From contig DATCJZ010000039.1 in the NCBI GenBank assembly GCA_036562545.1, positions 293-64,292 on the forward strand: DNA of 64,000 nt. The letters run 5' to 3'. Position numbers and translations under genes: made by a program. Origin of the DNA: Capillibacterium sp. (GTDB taxonomy: Bacteria > Bacillota > UBA4882 > UBA10575). The notes below the pieces were generated by a model, which was not told the origin of the DNA, did not search any database, and saw only the letters and a program-made list of their open reading frames with translations. Shown piece after piece: positions 58,626-64,000 of this stretch (its first letter is position 1; every line of letters starts with the position of its first letter).

Positions 58626-59327
58626 ATGTTTTTCCCCTTTTATTATGATCCAACTTATCTACTGCTTTTGCCAGCAATTCTTCTTGCCGTTTATGCTCAA
58701 GCCAAAGTGAATTCCACCTTCCAACGGTATTTAAGGGTGCGGGCGAGTTCCGGAATGACCGGCGCCCAGGTGGCACGGGCATTATTGGATAAAAACCGCC
58801 TTTATGATGTGACGGTGGAGATTGTCCCGGGGCGGCTGACGGACCATTATGATCCGCACACAAAAAAATTACGGCTTTCCCCCGAAGTCTACCACGGGAC
58901 TTCCCTCGCGGCGTTGGGGGTGGCCGCCCATGAGACGGGCCATGCGGCGCAACACGCCCAGGAATACATCCCCCTTAATCTGCGGAATGCGATCTATCCA
59001 GTGGCCAGCTTCGGTTCGAATTTAGCCTTTCCTTTGTTTTTTATCGGTTTACTGTTCGGCCGGGGTGGTACTTGGCTGATGGATTTAGGTATTCTTCTTT
59101 TTACCTTTGCCGTCCTCTTTCAAGTGATCACTTTACCGGTGGAATTTAACGCCAGCCGGCGGGCCTTAGGCATGTTGGAAAGTGAAGGTTATTTATTGCG
59201 GGGCCAGGAAGTGGCTGGCGCCCGGAAAGTGCTGAGCGCGGCGGCTTTAACCTATTTGGCGGCAACCGCCACGGCGGTGCTTCAACTTTTCCGTCTCCTT
59301 TTGATCCGGGGTTACCGTGATGACTAA
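58626..59327 (+). CDS. membrane-associated neutral zinc metallopeptidase (Zn_peptidase_2 / YugP-like)
   Basis: HETGHAAQH motif, with TM segments at the N-terminus and C-terminal half. Confidence 0.85.
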   Translation: MFFPFYYDPTYLLLLPAILLAVYAQAKVNSTFQRYLRVRASSGMTGAQVARALLDKNRLYDVTVEIVPGRLTDHYDPHTKKLRLSPEVYHGTSLAALGVAAHETGHAAQHAQEYIPLNLRNAIYPVASFGSNLAFPLFFIGLLFGRGGTWLMDLGILLFTFAVLFQVITLPVEFNASRRALGMLESEGYLLRGQEVAGARKVLSAAALTYLAATATAVLQLFRLLLIRGYRDD

Positions 59328-60660
59328 AAAAAGCCCGGGCCGGGCCATTGCCCTCAAAGCCCTGATCGCCATCGAGGAGGAGGGGGCTTATGCCAACCGG
59401 ATCCTCTCCTCCTTGTTTGCCCAAGCGCATCCGGAAGAAAGAGAGAAGGGACTGGCCACCGAATTGGTCTTTGGCACCCTTCGCCAGTTGAATTACCTTG
59501 ACCACATCTTACAGCAATTATTAACGAAGAATCTTTCCGCGCTGCCCGCGGCGGTGCGGGAGGTTCTTCGTTTGTCTTTATATCAATTAATTTTTACGGA
59601 CCATCCGGCTTATGCGGTGGTTAATGAAGCCGTGCAGTTAACCAAGGCGGGTAAATACCGGGGTTTGGCCAATCTGGTCAACGGTGTGCTCCGCGCTTAC
59701 CTCCGGCGGAAAGAAAGCCTGACGGTGCCCGGGTTTGAGCAGGATCCCATCGGGCATTTGACCATTGTCCATTCCCATCCCCGTTGGCTAATCGAGCGTT
59801 GGGTGGAGCGCTGGGGGATGGAGGAGACCCACCATTTAGTGGAAGCCAATAACACCCCGGCTCCCCTCAGCATTCGCACCAATACCCTGCTGGTCAGCAG
59901 GGAACGGCTTTTGACCCTTTTGACCGGTGCGGGGATTCCGGCCGAACCGTCGCCGGCGGTTCCCGAAGCCCTGCGCCTTGCAACCGGGCGGGAATTAACC
60001 ACGACCTCCTGGTGGGAAGCGGGGTATTTTTACATCCAGGATGAGGCCTCCATGTTGGTCGCCCATTTGCTTGCCCCCCGCCCCGGGGAGGTCATTGCCG
60101 ATTTATGTGCCGCCCCGGGCGGTAAAACCACCCATCTGGCGCAGCTGATGGAGAATACTGGACGGATTTATGCTCTGGATCCATATCACCATAAGACGAA
60201 ATTGATTGCCGACAATGCCCGGCGGCTTCAGATTAAGATCATTGAAACGGTAACCGGCGATGCCCGGGCGTGGTGTCCGGACCGGCCGCTTGACGGCGTA
60301 CTTCTTGATGCGCCGTGTACCGGGACAGGAGTTTTACGCCGCCGGCCGGATATTCGCTGGCGGCGCCAACTGGCCGATTTAAAGGAACTAGTTGTTCTCC
60401 AGGAGGCTTTGCTCAATCATGGCGCCACACTGCTCAAACCTGGAGGACGCCTGGTTTACAGCACCTGTTCCATTGAATGGGAGGAGAATGAAGGGCAGAT
60501 CCGGCATTTTTTGGCGGCCCACCCCGATTTTAAAGTGGAACTCCCGGAGCATTTTGCCTCCTCAGTTCAGGGGTTCCGTGGGGCGGAGGGGTTTTTAATC
60601 CTCCCCCGCAACGAGGAACCCGATGGGTTTTTTATGACCCGTTTGGTAAAATTAAGGTAA
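59317..60660 (+). CDS. rsmB: 16S rRNA (cytosine967-C5)-methyltransferase RsmB
   Basis: NusB-like N-domain and SAM MTase motifs DLCAAPGGKT, DAPCTGTGV and YSTCS. Confidence 0.9.
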   Translation: MMTKKSPGRAIALKALIAIEEEGAYANRILSSLFAQAHPEEREKGLATELVFGTLRQLNYLDHILQQLLTKNLSALPAAVREVLRLSLYQLIFTDHPAYAVVNEAVQLTKAGKYRGLANLVNGVLRAYLRRKESLTVPGFEQDPIGHLTIVHSHPRWLIERWVERWGMEETHHLVEANNTPAPLSIRTNTLLVSRERLLTLLTGAGIPAEPSPAVPEALRLATGRELTTTSWWEAGYFYIQDEASMLVAHLLAPRPGEVIADLCAAPGGKTTHLAQLMENTGRIYALDPYHHKTKLIADNARRLQIKIIETVTGDARAWCPDRPLDGVLLDAPCTGTGVLRRRPDIRWRRQLADLKELVVLQEALLNHGATLLKPGGRLVYSTCSIEWEENEGQIRHFLAAHPDFKVELPEHFASSVQGFRGAEGFLILPRNEEPDGFFMTRLVKLR

Positions 60661-60787
60661 AAAAAGGAGAAGACTTGTGAAAGACGGATTAATCCGTTGT
60701 TTCCTTAAAAATTTTGTGTTAAAATAAGAATAATTTACCTACAATTTTACCAGCCACTGACGCGACCAAACTGAGGAGGTGTTTTAC

Positions 60788-61660
60788 TTGGAGATTTACA
60801 TTGACGGTCAGTTTTATCCAAAGGAGGAGGCGAAGGTTTCCGTTTTTGACCACGGGCTCCTCTACGGAGACGGGGTCTTTGAAGGGACCCGGGCATATAA
60901 CGGGCGGATTTTTGAATTTGACGCCCACATTGACCGGCTTTATGCTTCGGCGAAGGCGATTGCCCTCGAAATTCCCTTAACCAAAGAAGAGATGAAAAAG
61001 GCCCATATTGAGACCTTGCGGCGGAACCAGTTGACCGATGCCTATATCCGGACGGTCATCACCCGCGGGGTTGGGGACTTGGGGTTGGACCCCAGGAAAT
61101 GCCGGCGGCCGACGGTGATTATCATCGCCGACCGGATCAGTCTGTATCCGCAGGAACTTTATGAACAGGGTTTGAAAATCATCACGGTTCCGACCAGAAG
61201 AAATTTACCGGAAACGGTTAACCCGATGATTAAATCCCTTAATTACCTCAATAATATTCTGGCGAAGATCGAAGCGAATTTAAGCGGCGCCGCCGAGGCG
61301 ATCTTGCTTAACCAAGAGGGTTACGTCGCTGAGTGTACCGGTGATAATATCTTTATTATCAAAGGGAAAACTTTGGCCACACCCATGGTTTCTTTCGGGG
61401 CTTTGAAGGGTGTCACCAGGGGAAGAGTGATGAAACTCGCCGCCGAACTCGGGTTGGAGCCGGTCGAAACCACCCTCACCCGTTATGATATCTACGTAGC
61501 CGACGAGTGCTTCCTGACCGGAACCGCGGCGGAAGTGGTTCCCGTGGTGGAAGTCGACGGCCGGAAGATCGGCGACGGTAAGCCGGGCCCCTATTCCAAG
61601 CAATTGAAGGAGGCTTACCACCGGTATGCGATGGCGAATGGGACGCCCATCTATGAATAA
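60788..61660 (+). CDS. ilvE: branched-chain-amino-acid aminotransferase (fold-type IV PLP enzyme)
   Basis: FDHGLLYGDGVFEGTRAY and the PLP-Lys region MIKSLNYLNNILA. The TTG at 60788 lies 8 nt after GAGGAGG. The ORF opens at 60779. A D-amino-acid aminotransferase cannot be fully excluded. Confidence 0.8.
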   Translation: MEIYIDGQFYPKEEAKVSVFDHGLLYGDGVFEGTRAYNGRIFEFDAHIDRLYASAKAIALEIPLTKEEMKKAHIETLRRNQLTDAYIRTVITRGVGDLGLDPRKCRRPTVIIIADRISLYPQELYEQGLKIITVPTRRNLPETVNPMIKSLNYLNNILAKIEANLSGAAEAILLNQEGYVAECTGDNIFIIKGKTLATPMVSFGALKGVTRGRVMKLAAELGLEPVETTLTRYDIYVADECFLTGTAAEVVPVVEVDGRKIGDGKPGPYSKQLKEAYHRYAMANGTPIYE

Positions 61661-61681
61661 GCCGGACTTGGAGGTTTGGCC

Positions 61682-62587
61682 ATGGTCAAAGTAATGATCC
61701 CAGCCACCAGCGCCAATTTGGGACCGGGGTTTGATTTTCTGGGCTTGGCCTTGGAACTATATAATACAGTCAGTTTTGCCCCGGCTGCCGAGTGGCGCGT
61801 TACTGCTCAAGGTTATGGTGCTGAAATGTTGTCCGGACGGAGTGATTTACTGGTTTGTCAGGCTTTAAGAAGGGTCTTTGCCGAGACGGGCCAAAAACTG
61901 ACCGGCGGAATTGTCCATCTGGAAAACCGGATCCCGGATGCCGGTGGCTTAGGGAACAGCGCGGCGGCGATTGTCGGAGGATTGGCCGCCGCCAATCATT
62001 TTTTGGGTGAACCTTTATCTAAAGATGATCTTCTAAGGTTGGCCGCCGAACTGGAAGGTCATCCGGACAATGTGGCCCCCGCGATCTTTGGCGGCCTGGT
62101 GGGGGTGGTGAAGGAAAAAGGGACGGCCGGTCCGGTCTATACCTGTTTAAAAATGCCCTTTCCGGCCGGCCTCCAAGTGGTGATTGCCGTGCCGAAGTTA
62201 AAAGTGTCCACGGTGAAAGCCCGGAGCCTCCTGCCTAGGCAGGTCTCCTTGACTGAAGCCGCTTTTAACCTGGCCCGGACAGGCCTCTTTGTCGGGGCCT
62301 GTTTTAGCGGGCGTTTAGATTTGTTACGCCTCGCGATGGAAGATGCCTTACACCAAAACCGGCGGGCGGCGCTCATTCCCGGTTTTCACCAAGTCATTGC
62401 TGCGGCTTATCAGGAAGGAGCCTTTGGGGCCGCCCTTAGCGGTTCCGGACCGACCATTATTGCTTTCGTCCCTGACGCCCAAAAACAGGCCGTGGGGGAA
62501 GCAATGGTTTCCGCCTTTGGACAAGAAGGTATTGACGCCCAATGGTTGTCGGTGGGCGTGAATCAGGATGGTTATCACATTGTTTAG
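61682..62587 (+). CDS. thrB: homoserine kinase
   Basis: PATSANLGPGFD and the GHMP motif IPDAGGLGNSAAAIV. The ATG at 61682 follows GGAGG. Confidence 0.9.
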   Translation: MVKVMIPATSANLGPGFDFLGLALELYNTVSFAPAAEWRVTAQGYGAEMLSGRSDLLVCQALRRVFAETGQKLTGGIVHLENRIPDAGGLGNSAAAIVGGLAAANHFLGEPLSKDDLLRLAAELEGHPDNVAPAIFGGLVGVVKEKGTAGPVYTCLKMPFPAGLQVVIAVPKLKVSTVKARSLLPRQVSLTEAAFNLARTGLFVGACFSGRLDLLRLAMEDALHQNRRAALIPGFHQVIAAAYQEGAFGAALSGSGPTIIAFVPDAQKQAVGEAMVSAFGQEGIDAQWLSVGVNQDGYHIV

Positions 62588-62664
62588 GGTTCGAACCGGA
62601 CCCCGCTGAATGTTAGGGGTGGTATTGTCCGCATCTATTTTCAATTGCAAACAAATTCCTGTCT

Positions 62665-62698
62665 GCCCTTGACCGTTTCGGTCAGGGCTTTTTTTTAT
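62665..62698 (+). terminator. rho-independent terminator after thrB
   Basis: gcccttgacc-gtttc-ggtcagggc followed by a T9 run. Confidence 0.85.
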
Positions 62699-62892
62699 TT
62701 TCCGGCAAGCGTAAACATTATGGGTGGGAAGGGCATAGGATAGAAGAGAAGGGTTTACCCAGGGAAAAAAGGAACTGGAAAAAATTTTTCTCCTTTGGCA
62801 TAAATCTTTTCAGAACAGAACATAATAAAACTGTAAACCACCCGGTGGTTACCAAAAATGGAAAAGATTATTTTGATAACGGAGGGAAGAAA

Positions 62893-63999
62893 ATGATGAA
62901 AATGAATGAGCTTGCCGCGCAGGAAGATTTGGTGCAAACCAATGAGCACCAAATTGTTAGATCTAAACCCCGTTACACTGAGGATGAGAACGAAATGATC
63001 TACGAAAACTGGTGGAATCCAAAATTGCGCAAGGAATTATCCCGGCGCTTTGGCCGTAAAATTTCGGCGCTGCGGAGCCAATTCTGCCGGATTCTGAAGG
63101 AAAAGGGGATTTCCAACACGGATTATTACAAGATGATGCGTGCCAAGTACCAGACCGCAACCCCCAAAGAAATCCTGGCTGAAGATGAAGACCAGTTGAT
63201 CCTGGAAATCTTCGCCAAACACCAAGTTTTAGGCGGGACCAGAAATGAAGCTTGCTTAGAATTGCAAAAGTTGATGCAGAAGAAGATCAGCGAAGCGGCG
63301 TTAAAACTTCGCTTCTACCGTTTGGTCCAAAAACGGGGTTTAAGTGAAGAAAATATCAACCGTTTAGGCCGGGATGTCCTCAGGCGATGCGGGATCCGCA
63401 TTCCCGAAGATCCGGTTTTAAACGGTAAAGAAGTTCCGGCCATCGGCAAGGTCCGTTCCGAACAGCAAGTAATTGGCCAAAAGCCGGAGCCGCGGACGAT
63501 GGTTGCCCCAAGCCCACAGGGCGCCGACGCGAAGGAGAAAAAGACGGAAATTCCGGCGGGGCCGGAAGGCGAAGAACGGAAATCTGCCTTCCTGTATCAA
63601 TTGGCCAATTTGCCGGAAGCCCTTAAGCAATTGGAAGAAAGGGTTAGTTCCATCGAACAAGCCCAAAAGCGCCAGTTGGATTTGCGCGGTTTCATCGAAC
63701 ACCTCTTGGCGGTGGAACGGGATCTGAAACAAGAAGAAAAATTACTGGCGGAAATTGATCGTCTGGTGGCCGAAAACCAAGCCCTGGCGGAAAAGTACGA
63801 AAAGGAACGGACACGGATTCTCGCCCGCGAACAAGAGCTGACCGAGATCTACGAGTTATTAAATGGAACCCTTACCGAGTTTATGCATCTGGAGAGTGTT
63901 GCCAAATTGGCTTCGCTGGGCGATTTCATCCACCGGATGGAAATCACCGTCGATCAATTTGGCAATGTGATGAAAAGCAGAAGAATCCAAGGGGCTTAA
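62893..63999 (+). CDS. hypothetical protein with two SANT/Myb-like (RsfA-like) repeats and a C-terminal coiled coil
   Basis: Two repeats of about 50 aa (YTEDENEMIYENW...ISALRSQFCRILKEKG and LAEDEDQLILEIF...SEAALKLRFYRLVQKRG), a Pro/Glu-rich linker, then heptad-like EQAQKRQLDL...LLAEIDRLVAENQALAEKYEKER. The ATG at 62893 follows GGAGGG. Confidence 0.5.
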   Translation: MMKMNELAAQEDLVQTNEHQIVRSKPRYTEDENEMIYENWWNPKLRKELSRRFGRKISALRSQFCRILKEKGISNTDYYKMMRAKYQTATPKEILAEDEDQLILEIFAKHQVLGGTRNEACLELQKLMQKKISEAALKLRFYRLVQKRGLSEENINRLGRDVLRRCGIRIPEDPVLNGKEVPAIGKVRSEQQVIGQKPEPRTMVAPSPQGADAKEKKTEIPAGPEGEERKSAFLYQLANLPEALKQLEERVSSIEQAQKRQLDLRGFIEHLLAVERDLKQEEKLLAEIDRLVAENQALAEKYEKERTRILAREQELTEIYELLNGTLTEFMHLESVAKLASLGDFIHRMEITVDQFGNVMKSRRIQGA

Positions 64000-64000
64000 A

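Overview
This window looks like a chromosomal segment of an anaerobic, probably spore-forming Firmicute (Clostridia-like). That placement is inferred from RemA, a YtxC-like protein, a T-box leader, PyrR attenuators, AdhE and a four-subunit 2-oxoacid:ferredoxin oxidoreductase. GC content is about 50% by eye. I support about 60 protein genes, almost all with recognisable family motifs. In order they are: a GH13 glucan enzyme, hom behind a Thr T-box, nfu, adhE, a lipid kinase, trmL, folC, a P-loop NTPase plus the OFOR operon, pyrR-pyrP with two PyrR attenuators, an mcp-cheW-cheA-cheR-cheB module, a FabZ-like protein, a PHP protein, ychF, an MscS channel, a CsgG-like lipoprotein, an M48 protease, tRNA-Ala(GGC), rtcB, an MFS transporter, serC, an AT-richer ula-type PTS island with its own EI and HPr, a UDPGP-family protein, a flavin reductase, htrA with an ECF sigma/anti-sigma operon, the conserved yicC-mihF-remA-gmk-rpoZ-priA-def-fmt-rsmB block, and then ilvE-thrB. 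I saw no transposase, integrase, phage genes, CRISPR array, rRNA or canonical defence genes. The best candidates for something not yet described are listed in order of interest. (1) A roughly 210-nt rod-shaped RNA with a central bubble, 6S-like, at 15.15-15.37 kb. (2) A promoter-to-terminator unit and a GC-rich structured block in a 720-bp gene-free gap at 27.5-28.2 kb. (3) The ula-like PTS island, which lacks ulaDEF but carries an unknown 347-aa propeller-like protein and a second MBL hydrolase. (4) A FabZ-like protein lacking the catalytic histidine. All calls come from reading the sequence and the ORF translations, with no searches or folding programs. Start codons were chosen by RBS spacing and may be off by a few codons.
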